Made by a program: the position numbers and the translations under genes. A DNA stretch of 63,874 nt, counting the filler, from Octopus bimaculoides (lineage: Eukaryota): assembly GCF_001194135.2 (NCBI RefSeq). It is 4 parts of 3 records of this genome, joined end to end, with 100 filler letters (N's around TTAATTAATTAA, not from the genome) between each part and the next. Parts side by side here need not be neighbours in the genome. Positions count along the whole stretch, not along the records: positions 1 to 26,893 come from NC_069004.1; 3 more parts are not named here. One strand, given 5' to 3'. This document shows, in pieces, positions 1-10,454 of the stretch. Positions within the stretch are counted from its first letter, which is position 1; the number at the start of each line of letters is the position of its first letter. The notes beneath the pieces were generated by a model. The model was not told where the DNA came from, did not search any database, and saw only the letters and a list, made by a program, of their open reading frames with translations.

Positions 1-90
1 GTAATGAGATAAAAAACGAAGGCTGTGTATAATATAGAACATTTATAAATGTTCTATATTATACACAGTCTTGGTTTTTTATCTCATTAC
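1..90. repeat. 90-bp near-perfect palindrome (45-bp arms, no spacer), possibly truncated by the window edge
   Basis: 1-45 is the reverse complement of 46-90 except at pairs 18/73 (G-G) and 22/69 (G-T). Confidence 0.95.
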
Positions 91-507
91 GAAATCCTTA
101 TATTCACACGCTGATATATGACCTACACTGGACCCCTTATTCACATAATCACCAAACCTGGAGCTTAACTATGGTCTATCCACGGCACTTACTCAGCATT
201 ACCTGAAACCTCTGGGTCTAATTGACACCACTTTCGCTCATAACTTATATATGAATATATATATGTATATNNNNNNNNNNNNNNNNNNNNNNNNNNNNNN
301 NNNNNNNNNNNNNNNNNNNNNNNNNNNNNNNNNNNNNNNNNNNNNNNNNNNNNNNTATATATATATATATATATATTTATAAAGAAATAATTGAGATTCA
401 GTTGAAGTAGGTACTTAAGTTAAAGCACCAAGTCAGTGCGGTATTATCCGCACACCTCGGAGTAAGGTGAATAAAATTAAAATAAGCAACAGGATATCAA
501 GTAGTGA

Positions 508-593
508 TGCAGTATGACCGTTTCAAGTGGCTCTATTTAATTGAAGAATGCAATCATTACATCAATTTATATGCAGTGCTATCATCAGCTGCA
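508..593 (-). ncRNA. Degenerate hammerhead-like motif in a probable Penelope-like terminal repeat next to (TA)n
   Basis: Minus strand reads tgcag-CTGATGA (588-582), ~57-nt stem II region, GAAAC (524-520), GGTC, atactgca. TGCAG/CTGCA can form stem I, offset by 3 nt. Confidence 0.45.
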
Positions 594-1697
594 CAAATAA
601 ATAGAATTTTAACCAGCTGGACACATTAATATAATTTTTCCCACTTCCAAGAATGGCATGAAGTTCACTGGGGTCATAGCTTGTAAAGGGTTGTGGTTCA
701 TTTTTTATTTATTTGTCTTTTTATCAACTACTAAATCTAAGACTAGAGGACCGTGTCTGCTTAGAATGAAGGGTAAGAGTGAATTGGCAGCTCATGACTA
801 GGTATGGTCGGGGAGGGAAGAAGACATTAGGAGTAGTACATTGGATATAGAGTAACTGTCTTTTAAAGGAGGCTGGGTAGGGGAAGACTCTAAATCATAA
901 TGTTAGTTACCAGTTAAAGGGGCAAGACACTAATAAAACCTATGATGTTAATACAGAGGAAATTTTATCTTGGGGTACTATGGGTGATTGTTTATAAACA
1001 ATATTGTTATGTTGTATAAAAATAAAATTAAAGATTATCAAAAATGATATCATAACCAATGACTAAAAAAAATCTTTCAGACTCTGTACTGTCTCTGCCC
1101 AATTTCCCGACCACTTTACAGAGAACAGAGGGTGTATTCTTTATGCACCAACACTAGAAGCGTCACCTTGTATATCAGAGACAAAGGACCACTCATAACT
1201 GAGAGAGGGACAGAGAATGAAAACTTTATTATGAAAAGAATAGATTTTTATATAGACATGCATAATACACATATCACCATCATTATTTTAATGTCCACTT
1301 TTTAGTGCATATATGGGTTGTATGGAATTTATTGAAGCAAGATTCCTACAGCAGGATGTCCTTTCTGTTGTTAACTGTTTCTAAATAAGGAAAACTAGGT
1401 TTTTTTCTTCCTAACCACTAATACTTGTATGGCAGTGATTCTTATGTACCATCCTCACATGATGTCAAGAGAAGGGTGTATACACACATACACACCAGTT
1501 TCTTTTATCTGATTCTTCATTCCAACATGCTATGTAAAAATATAACATAAAAATAAAACATAAGAGAGGAGTGAAAGGAAAGTGGAGATGGTGGTTGTGG
1601 TGTTTTCACTTTGAAATGCCTATTGGTCATCCCAGGCTGATATGGTTGATGTTGATAATGACAGTGGTGAGGTGGTGTTATCAGTACGGTTACTTAC

Positions 1698-1884
1698 ATC
1701 TCATGTTTCCAGATGATGTGAGGCTTGGCTGTGATTGGTAGGCACGTTCAAACAGTGTGTGACTCAACTGGCAGGAAGCTATGGCAAGGTGAGTGAGTGC
1801 TGGGAGATGTCTGAGCAGAACCATGAGTGTGTCACTGCACTCATCTGTTAAATGGTTGTAGCTGAGATTGAGTGACTCCAGCTT
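1698..1884 (-). CDS. TONSL: TONSL exon, LRR region (KLESLNLSYNHLTDECSDTL...LTHLAIASCQL)
   Basis: Acceptor tgtttgtcttacag, donor gtaagt, phase 0 in. LxxLxLxxNxL motifs align by eye to the TONSL C-terminal LRRs. Confidence 0.88.
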
Positions 1885-2106
1885 CTGTAAGACAAACACT
1901 TAGGAACATGAGACGTAAAGAGAAGTATAGACACAGGCTTAACTCAAACGAATGGATGTATTAGAATATATATATGCTGGCAAAGCTGTGTGGCTAAGAA
2001 ACTATCTTTCATGATATCTGGGGCAGGTGTCTTCCACTATAACTCTAGGCCAACCTATGCTGAGTAAATTTGGTAGACAAAAACTGAAAGATGCTCATTG
2101 TATATA

Positions 2107-2325
2107 CGAGCAAGTGCTGAAAAGTTCCTGGCTTTAAGGGTTTCATGAAAGGCCTGGTTCGAGGACCAACCTTCCAAGTTCTTTTACAGGACCTGGAAAA
2201 ACTGAAGGACTGCTGCCATAAATATGTGGATTTGAGAGGGGAATATGTTGAATAAAATCTCATAATTAACAAATCCTCTTGTATTTTCTTTTACCCAAAG
2301 CCAGGAACTTTTCAGCACTCCCTTG
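2107..2325 (+). mobile_element. Mariner-derived MITE carrying a remnant of the transposase C-terminus
   Basis: TA on both flanks; TIR core AGTGCTGAAAAGTTCCTGGCTTT at both ends. Internal frames give AWFEDQPSKFFY and LEKLKDCCHKYVDLRGEYVE*, matching the mariner KLxxRWxKCxxxxGxYVE terminus. Confidence 0.8.
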
Positions 2326-2622
2326 TATTCACACACACACACAACAGGCTTTTTTTAGTTTCCATCAACCAAATATACTCACAAGCTTTTGTTGACCTAG
2401 GGCTAGACGACACTTTGCCCAAGTTGCCATGCATTGGGACTAAACTTGGAAACATGTAGTCAGATAGAAAATTTCCCAACCACACATGTACACACACACA
2501 TATACACAACCACCCATTGACTCTGGATGGCTTTAATGGTGCATGAACACAGCTGCAATAACAGGAACATCCTCCACTATTACAACAGTAAAAACAAAGA
2601 TTTTAAAGGGTTTGTAGGTTAC

Positions 2623-2828
2623 CTGTAAAGGTTTCTTAGCAAGACCCCAGGGTACAGTGTCCTGCTGACCAGTAATGGAAGGGCCATATGTTGCTTCAAG
2701 TACACTGTTCAGCTCCTTTAAGCCTTTCAGAGTAATACCATTACAAGAGATGTCCAATGAAGTTAGAGACGGTATAGTATTGAGAACTTTGGCCAAAGAC
2801 TGAAGGCCAACATCACCAAGATGATTAC
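2623..2828 (-). CDS. TONSL: TONSL exon, LRR region (GNHLGDVGLQSLAKVLNTIPSLTSLDISCNGI...)
   Basis: Acceptor tttctatcttgcag, donor gtaacc, phase 1 in and 0 out, matching both neighbouring exons. Confidence 0.92.
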
Positions 2829-3097
2829 CTGCAAGATAGAAAAAGATAGAAGTAAAGTAGCGATGACTGGTTGAACGTTTACTTATATTTCTGTTGAAAT
2901 ATAGGGCCCGTTATTTTAATTAATTTGGAAAATATTGAAGGATTTAGTAAAATAACATTGTTATTATTAAACTGGTGTTTGAAGCAGAAATCAACAAGAA
3001 ATTTTGATGCAAGATTTTAATTTAAATCACTTTAAAACACAAAGAAGATTGTATCATAAGCCAGGGGTCGTCTCAGACAGGTTTATACCAATAGAGA

Positions 3098-3483
3098 CTC
3101 TCTTACTCTTTTACTTGTTTCAGTCATTTGACTGCGGCTATGCTGGAGCACCGCCTTTAGTCGAGCAAATCGACCCCAGGACTTATTCTTTGTAAGCCTA
3201 GTGCTTATTTTATTGGTCTCTTTTGCCGGACCACTAAGTTACGGGAACATAAACACACCAGCATTGGTTGTCAAGCGATGTTGGGGGGACAAACACAAAC
3301 ACAGACACACAAACATACACATGCATATACATATATATGACAGGCTTCTTTCAGTTTCCATCTCCCTTGGTTGGCCCGAGGCTATAGCAGAAGACACTTG
3401 CCCAAGATGCCACGCAGTGGGACTGAACCCGGAACCATGTGGTTGGTAAGCAAGCTACTTACCACACAGCCACTCCTGCGCCT
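3098..3483 (-). mobile_element. tRNA-derived SINE, family 1 (GGCGCAGGAGTGGCTGTGTGGTAAG head, internal (TA)/(TG) tract, GTAAAAGA tail)
   Basis: Near-identical copies at 3825-4245, 10000-10438 and 34664-35075, plus many partial copies (e.g. 11915, 20870, 24060, 33000, 38600). Confidence 0.85.
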
Positions 3484-3824
3484 AATATTAATATATACTC
3501 CAGACAATTTTTACCATCCAGCAACGAGTACACAGAATTATCCATCGGAAGAAGTCATGGAGTGACTAACAACTAAACGAAGACATAGATGTTAAATACT
3601 TGTTGTTGTGGTTAGCTGTTAACTGGCACTTAAAACTGAAAGGTAATATGGTATCCACACAGATAATATGTCCTTCCAAACTCATATATACATATTCACA
3701 AACACACAAATATATGTTATCACCACCGTCACCATTATCATAATTGTCATGCTGACATGAACTGTACAGGTTGTACCCAGATACCCACCCTCTTCCCAAA
3801 TGTTTGTACACAAATGTTTGTATA

Positions 3825-3995
3825 GGCGCAGGAGTGGCTGTGTGGTAAGTAGCTTGCTTACCAACCACATGGTTGTGGGTTCAGTCCCACTGCATGGCAC
3901 CTTGGGCAAGTGTCTTCTACTATAGCCTCGGGCCGACCAAAGCCTTGTGAGTGGATTTGGTAGACAGAAACTGAAAGAAGCCCGTCGTATATATG

Positions 3996-4026
<31 letters not shown>

Positions 4027-4245
4027 GTATGTGTGTCTGTGTTTGTCCCCCCACCATCGCTTGACAACCGATGCTGGTGTGTTTAAGTCCCCGTAACTTA
4101 GCGGTTCGGCAAAAGAAACTGATAGAATAAGTACTAGGCTTACAAAGAATAAGTCCTGGGGTCGATTTGTTTGATTAAAGGCGGTGTTCCAGCATGGCCG
4201 CAGTCAAATGACTGAAACAAGTAAAAGAGTAAAAGAATAAAAGAG
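3825..4245 (+). mobile_element. SINE family 1, full-length copy inverted relative to 3098-3483
   Basis: A-box/B-box-like head (TGGCTGTGTGG; GGGTTCAGTCCC) and tandem (GTAAAAGA)n tail. Confidence 0.85.
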
Positions 4246-4298
4246 ATATCCCTCCAACTTCCCCACAAATGTACACACTGTATTAGTTAGGTACTTAC

Positions 4299-4448
4299 CA
4301 GTAAGATTCATAAAGCATAGGTTACTTTGATACTTGATAGCTCTGAACACTGGTAATATGATGTTGGGAGTCAAGGCCATATGACGTAAGATAAGATTAC
4401 CTGAAGTCTCACACTGTTCTAGCTGTTGACTTATCTTTCCAACAACAA
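4299..4448 (-). CDS. TONSL: TONSL exon, start of LRR domain (VVGKISQQLEQCETSGNLILRHMALTPNIILPVFRAIKYQSNLCFMNLTG)
   Basis: Not in the ORF track. Acceptor ttttattgtag, donor gtaagt, 150 nt, phase 1 in and 1 out, open frame joining both neighbours. Confidence 0.9.
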
Positions 4449-4924
4449 CTACAATAAAATAATGATTTCATCTTTAACAAAATTAATATACATTTGTTTA
4501 AACTTCTGAATCAAACAATTACCATTATTATACTATTACCATTATTATTAAGAGTTTCAAGTTCTTTCAATGTTGTTTCCTTTTCTAGCCGAGTGTCTTC
4601 TCGATACTTAGGGCAAAGAAATTCACTATATACATTGATAGGCCATTAAAATAAACACACCAGATTGCTCATAAAAATTAGCAGTGTGTCTCTCTTGAGA
4701 TGGTCAACCTAATGCATAGTAATAAGTGTATATTATTTCTTTATATTCTTTCTGGGTCCATTGGCTCCTCTTACACTTTTCTTTCTACAGTGACTGTGGT
4801 GGTGAACTTGGAGGACTCAAGCTGGGGCACTTCCAGTTCAAGTGACTATCCAGCTTAACCACAAAGGCACTACATTTTAGTTCCTCAAAGCAAGACATTT
4901 TATTCACTGAGGAGACTACACAAC

Positions 4925-4961
<37 letters not shown>

Positions 4962-5131
4962 GGCGAGACAGAGAGAGAAAAAGACACAGTCACAGGAGCC
5001 AATAGGTGAATATCTATGTAGTCACTGGACCTGCAAAAAACAACAGTTAAATGTACCTCAAACTACATGCTATCATCCTGTAACAAGAATGATATATATT
5101 AAAAAACGTAGTCCAAAACACAATATGCTTA

Positions 5132-5786
5132 GTTGTTTTTTGTTTGTTTGTTGGCACTCCGTCGCTTACTCCGTCGAGGGTTCCAGTTGATCCGATCAAC
5201 GGAACAGCCTGCTCGTGAAATTAACGTGCAAGTGGCTGAGCACTCCACAGACACATGTACCCTTAACGTAGTTCTCGGGAATATTCAGCATGACACAGAG
5301 TGTGACAAGGCTGACCCTTTGAATTACAGACACAACAGAAACAGGAAGTAAGAGTGAGAGAAAGTTGTGGTGAAAGAGTACAGCAGGATTCGCCGCCATC
5401 CCCTGCCGGAGCCTCGTGAAGCTTTAGGTGCTTTCGCTCAATAAACACTCACAACNNNNNNNNNNGCTCGTGAAATTAACGTGCAAGTGGCTGAGCACTC
5501 CACAGACACATGTACCCTTAACGTAGTTCTCGGGAATATTCAGCATGACACAGAGTGTGACAAGGCTGACCCTTTGAATTACAGACACAACAGAAACAGG
5601 AAGTAAGAGTGAGAGAAAGTTGTGGTGAAAGAGTACAGCAGGATTCGCCGCCATCCCCTGCCGGAGCCTCGTGAAGCTTTAGGTGCTTTCGCTCAATAAA
5701 CACTCACAACGCCTGGTCTGGGAATCGAAACCACGATCTTATGACCGCGAGTCCACTGCTCTAACCACTGGGCCATTGCGCCTCCA
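5132..5786 (-). mobile_element. tRNA-derived SINE, family 2, with 13-bp TSD; internal 245-bp duplication across a 10-N gap is an assembly artefact
   Basis: TSD CACAATATGCTTA at 5119-5131 and 5787-5799. Head GGAGGCGCAATGGCCCAGTGGTTAG...GGTTTCGATTCCC, (CAA)n-like tail. Confidence 0.88.
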
Positions 5787-5800
5787 CACAATATGCTTAA

Positions 5801-5970
5801 CTTACTAGCATTTAAACCAGTCATATCCAGCCAAAATATTTTGCATATTCTATGTTCAAACTGGCCAGATCTGGCCTCTCACACCAATCCTACATTTTAA
5901 TAGTTACCTCATCAAAACAATGTGAATAAACGAGCATTACATTTGACAGAGTAATGTAAATGCTAAAGGG
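5801..5970. mobile_element. piggyBac-type MITE (family A), degenerate copy
   Basis: TTAA on both flanks, right end CTAAAGGG, internal similarity to 11223-11444. Confidence 0.6.
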
Positions 5971-7223
5971 TTAATTAATAACTACAGGATAGTGATGGTT
6001 AGAAGGTCCTTGATCATATATTTGCTCAATCATGGCTGACCTAGAGTTTACAGAACATCAAATGTCATTCTGAAAAGTTTTCTTGTAATTAATCGATAAA
6101 CAGTGTCTGGAGAAAAAGTCTTCCACTGCCACCGTTTAAAGTCTGTCTTCTGCACTGGGACAGATGGAATGCCATGCTTGCAGATGAAATGAAGGAGGAA
6201 GAGGAAGATATGTATAATAAAGACTTGACATAAAACCAAGGGGTGGAGTAAACTGTAAACCTGAGAAAACAACTGTGGTTTTGATTCAATTAATAAACAT
6301 ACTTAATAGTTGCAATTAGAGAGGATTAAAAGAAATATGAGGTGGTGCTGACACAGCTTTTCTTAATCTAACATTATGACCAAAGACACCCAACTTACCA
6401 TTTTATAGTAGTATATATATATATATATATNNNNNNNNNNNNNNNNNNNNNNNNNNNNNNNNNNNNNNNNNNNNNNNNNNNNNNNNNNNNNNNNNNNNNN
6501 NNNNNNNNNNNNNNNNNNNNNNNNNNNNNNNNNNNNNNNNNNNNNNNNNNNNNNNNNNNNNNNNNNNNNNNNNNNNNNNNNNNNNNNNNNNNNNNNNNNN
6601 NNNNNNNNNNNNNNNNNNNNNNNNNNNNNNNNNNNNNNNNNNNNNNNNNNNNNNNNNNNNNNNNNNNNNNNNNNNNNNNNNNNNNNNNNNNNNNNNNNNN
6701 NNNNNNNNNNNNNNNNNNNNNNNNNNNNNNNNNNNNNNNNNNNNNNNNNNNNNNNNNNNNNNNNNNNNNNNNNNNNNNNNNNNNNNNNNNNNNNNNNNNN
6801 NNNNNNNNNNNNNNNNNNNNNNNNNNNNNNNNNNNNNNNNNNNNNNNNNNNNNNNNNNNNNNNNNNNNNNNNNNNNNNNNNNNNNNNNNNNNNNNNNNNN
6901 NNNNNNNNNNNNNNNNNNNNNNNNNNNNNNNNNNNNNNNNNNNNNNNNNNNNNNNNNNNNNNNNNNNNNNNNNNNNNNNNNNNNNNNNNNNNNNNNNNNN
7001 NNNNNNNNNNNNNNNNNNNNNNNNNNNNNNNNNNNNNNNNNNNNNNNNNNNNNNNNNNNNNNNNNNNNNNNNNNNNNNNNNNNNNNNNNNNNNNNNNNNN
7101 NNNNNNNNNNNNNNNNNNNNNNNNNNNNNNNNNNNNNNNNNNNNNNNNNNNNNNNNNNNNNNNNNNNNNNNNNNNNNNNNNNNNNNNNNNNNNNNNNNNN
7201 NNNNNNNNNNNNNNNNNNNNNNN

Positions 7224-7294
7224 TATTCCTATGTCAACATTTCTGTATAAGGCTATATTTAACTGTCAAATTCAGAAATGTTGACATAGGAATA
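7224..7294. repeat. Perfect 22-bp inverted repeat with a 27-nt loop, abutting an N gap
   Basis: TATTCCTATGTCAACATTTCTG (7224-7245) pairs with CAGAAATGTTGACATAGGAATA (7273-7294). Confidence 0.9.
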
Positions 7295-7468
7295 AACTTC
7301 AATAATAATGGATATCAGCGTCAAAACTCTCATTTAAATTTTTGATATATAACCAAGGAGATCGATCCATAAGGAGTCTACTTTAGACCTTTGCGGAGAA
7401 ATCTCTTGCTATATTGGTAGCGATTACATGTTTTTCTCATCAACATATTGTGGAGATATCATCATATA

Positions 7469-7507
<39 letters not shown>

Positions 7508-7714
7508 CACATGACATCAGTAATTACTTAGGGTAGGCAGTTTATGATGTTTAAGTAGTAAAACACACAAAAAAATAAGCGAAACATAGACATGCAATGA
7601 AAACATTGTTGTAGGAATGTACGCAGCACGTGTACTACAGCAGTACTATGCATAGTTTTAATACTTAGATTGAAAAGCAGGGGCGAATTATGCCTACCTA
7701 ATCCTCCTCCTCAT

Positions 7715-7980
7715 TATCATCATCGTTTAATGTCCGCTTTCCATGCTAGCACGGGTTGGACCATTTGACTGAGGACTGGCGAACCAGATGGCTTCACTAG
7801 GCTCCAATCTGAGTTTCTACAGCTGGATGCCCTTCCTAACGCCAACCACTCCGAGAGTGTAGTGGGTGCTTTTACGTGCCACTGGCATGAGGGCCAGTCA
7901 AGCGGTACTGGCAACGGCCATGCTCAGAATGGTGTTTTTTACAAGTCATTGCCTCGGTAAGGCCTAATGTTCGAAGGTCT
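7715..7980 (+). mobile_element. Interspersed repeat family 3 ((CAT)n-terminated SINE/RTE-tail type), read antisense here
   Basis: CATCATCGTTTAA(C/T)GTCCGCTTTCCATGCTAGC...CAGCTGGATGCCCTTCCTAACGCCAACC recurs at 10500-10630, 15665-15925, 26060-26465 and 59385-59460. Confidence 0.8.
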
Positions 7981-8102
7981 AAATATTTTGTATTTTATGC
8001 ATAGTAATCCGAGTAACCTTCATAATTTTATTGAATTAGGAGGTGCATATTTTGCCATAAAAGGAAACTGTTACTATCGATCTCTTTCATTCAGGGTAGG
8101 CA

Positions 8103-8323
8103 TGTATATATATATATATATATGGGAGAATATACAAATAATAACAACAGACGAGGACAGGTGGTGTAAATAACAAAAGGATATATTAGTATGACGCTCG
8201 GGAATACGGAAAGTCTTTGACGTTTCGAGCTACGCTCTTCAACAGAAAGAATACGGAGACAAGGAGAAAAACACGGAGAAAAAAAATTGAATAGCGTTCA
8301 GTCAACGGTCAATCATATATATA
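8103..8323 (-). mobile_element. Penelope-like element 3' terminal repeat fragment flanked by (TA)n
   Basis: Similar to the 3' end of the PLE at 59958-61235, carries a hammerhead-like motif, and has TA microsatellite on both sides. Confidence 0.65.
8214..8250 (-). ncRNA. Minimal type I hammerhead ribozyme-like motif
   Basis: UCUUU-CUGUUGA-A-GAGC-gua-GCUC-GAAAC-GUC-AAAGA. Stems I and II are perfect, the ACGU stem III is palindromic, the cleavage triplet is GUC, and there is one core change (A6 to U). Confidence 0.7.
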
Positions 8324-8875
8324 NNNNNNNNNNNNNNNNNNNNNNNNNNNNNNNNNNNNNNNNNNNNNNNNNNNNNNNNNNNNNNNNNNNNNNNNNNNNN
8401 NNNNNNNNNNNNNNNNNNNNNNNNNNNNNNNNNNNNNNNNNNNNNNNNNNNNNNNNNNNNNNNNNNNNNNNNNNNNNNNNNNNNNNNNNNNNNNNNNNNN
8501 NNNNNNNNNNNNNNNNNNNNNNNNNNNNNNNNNNNNNNNNNNNNNNNNNNNNNNNNNNNNNNNNNNNNNNNNNNNNNNNNNNNNNNNNNNNNNNNNNNNN
8601 NNNNNNNNNNNNNNNNNNNNNNNNNNNNNNNNNNNNNNNNNNNNNNNNNNNNNNNNNNNNNNNNNNNNNNNNNNNNNNNNNNNNNNNNNNNNNNNNNNNN
8701 NNNNNNNNNNNNNNNNNNNNNNNNNNNNNNNNNNNNNNNNNNNNNNNNNNNNNNNNNNNNNNNNNNNNNNNNNNNNNNNNNNNNNNNNNNNNNNNNNNNN
8801 NNNNNNNNNNNNNNNNNNNNNNNNNNNNNNNNNNNNNNNNNNNNNNNNNNNNNNNNNNNNNNNNNNNNNNNNNNN

Positions 8876-8912
<37 letters not shown>

Positions 8913-9703
8913 TGTATATATATATAAACAAACTTACATTTGTTTTTATTAGAAGTGTCGAATGTGTATTGTAAATTACCATTACAAGGTGGAAAGATTT
9001 GTCAACAAACAGCCATGGGTTTGTTGATAACATTTCCCACCTTGTCAGGGTAATTTAGCCATTATTTCTGCAGTTCTAATGGCAATGCTGTGGTTCAAAA
9101 AATATCACCTTCTTGTTTGTATTGTACAATACATGTACACATATATATGCATATATATATATATAGATAACTGGCACTCCATCGCTTACAAAGATGAAGG
9201 TTCCAGTTGATCTGATCAATGGAATGGCCTGCTTGTGAAATTAATGTGCAAGTGGTTGACACATGTGTACAGACACATGTACTCTTAACATAGTTCTCAG
9301 GAAGGTTCAGTGTGATACAGAATGTGACAAAGCTGGCCCTTTGAAATAGAGGTACTACACATTTTTGCCAGCGAAGAGAACTGGAGCAACATGAAATAAA
9401 GTGTCTTGCTCAAGCAGACTATGCATCGTTGGGAATTGAACTCACAACCTTGATCATGAGCTGAATAGCCTAACAACTAAGCCTTGTGCCTTCAGTCTGC
9501 TATAGTAATTGCAAAAGATATGAAGCAAAAAACAATGTCAAGGCTGACAATATTATTTACTTTAAGTTGAAAATAGGTTAGTATAAGATCATTAAGTGCA
9601 AAAGATATGAAAGAAAGGAAACACTTCAACAATAAAGTGACTTTATGATACTTAGGTAAAGTTAATATTTTGAATGCTAAAAAGTATGTTTTAGCAAACT
9701 TAC

Positions 9704-9782
9704 CTGTTTTATTACTTTTACAAGCTTCTGTGTAACGGTCTTGGACTGGAGGCAGATCCCACGAAGTGACACAACCTTCAAG
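9704..9782 (-). CDS. TONSL: TONSL exon (LEGCVTSWDLPPVQDRYTEACKSNKT), UBL-LRR junction
   Basis: Matches the conserved TONSL VTSWDLPPLxDRY motif. Acceptor tttttgttttctcag, donor gtaagt, phase 0 in and 1 out. Confidence 0.95.
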
Positions 9783-9999
9783 CTGAGAAAACAAAAAAAA
9801 TATAGACACGTGTGAAGAAAGAGTAGCAATTTGGGGATCAACTTCTGTTCCCTGCAAGACCACAGTTGGTTGTGTCAACAGAATGGTGTGCTATTTAAGT
9901 AAGATACACTGATATTTAGAAGTGGTTCAATCTACACAGCTGTAAATGCACAAAGAGCAGAATAACTTTGTATCATAAACAGTAAGAAGACTATACTCA

Positions 10000-10219
10000 T
10001 ACTCTTTTACTTGTTTCAGTCATTTGACTGCGGCCATGCTAGAGCACTGCCTTTAGTTGAGCAAATCGACCCCAGGACTTATTCTTTGAAAGCCTAGTAC
10101 TTATTCTATCGGTCTCTTTTGCTGAACCGCTAAGTTATGGGGACGTAAACACACCAGCAATGTTGTCAACCGATGGTGGGGGACAAACACAGACACACAA
10201 ACACATATATATATATATA

Positions 10220-10275
<56 letters not shown>

Positions 10276-10438
10276 TACGACGGGCTTCTTTCAGTTTCCG
10301 TCTACCAAATCCACTCACAAGGCTTTGGTCGGCCCGAGGCTATAGTAGAAGACACTTGCCCAAGGTGCCACGCAGTGGGAGTGAACCAGGGCCATATGGT
10401 TGGTAAGCAAGCTACTTACCACACAGCCACTCCTGCGA
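10000..10438 (-). mobile_element. SINE family 1 copy
   Basis: Collinear with 3098-3483. Confidence 0.85.
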
Positions 10439-10454
10439 CTATATAGATAAAAAA

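Noticed and set aside
5133-5703. Recurring short ORFs such as MAANPAVLFHHNF... and MVGKQATYHTATP...
   Set aside because: They are chance frames within multi-copy SINEs.
8287-9033. Long ORFs consisting mostly of X (also at 23.2-24.1, 52.5-53.0, 55.7-56.4 and 57.8-59.9 kb)
   Set aside because: They are open only because N runs contain no stop codons. The one exception, the RLE-encoding pieces at 52.4-53.1 kb, is annotated separately.
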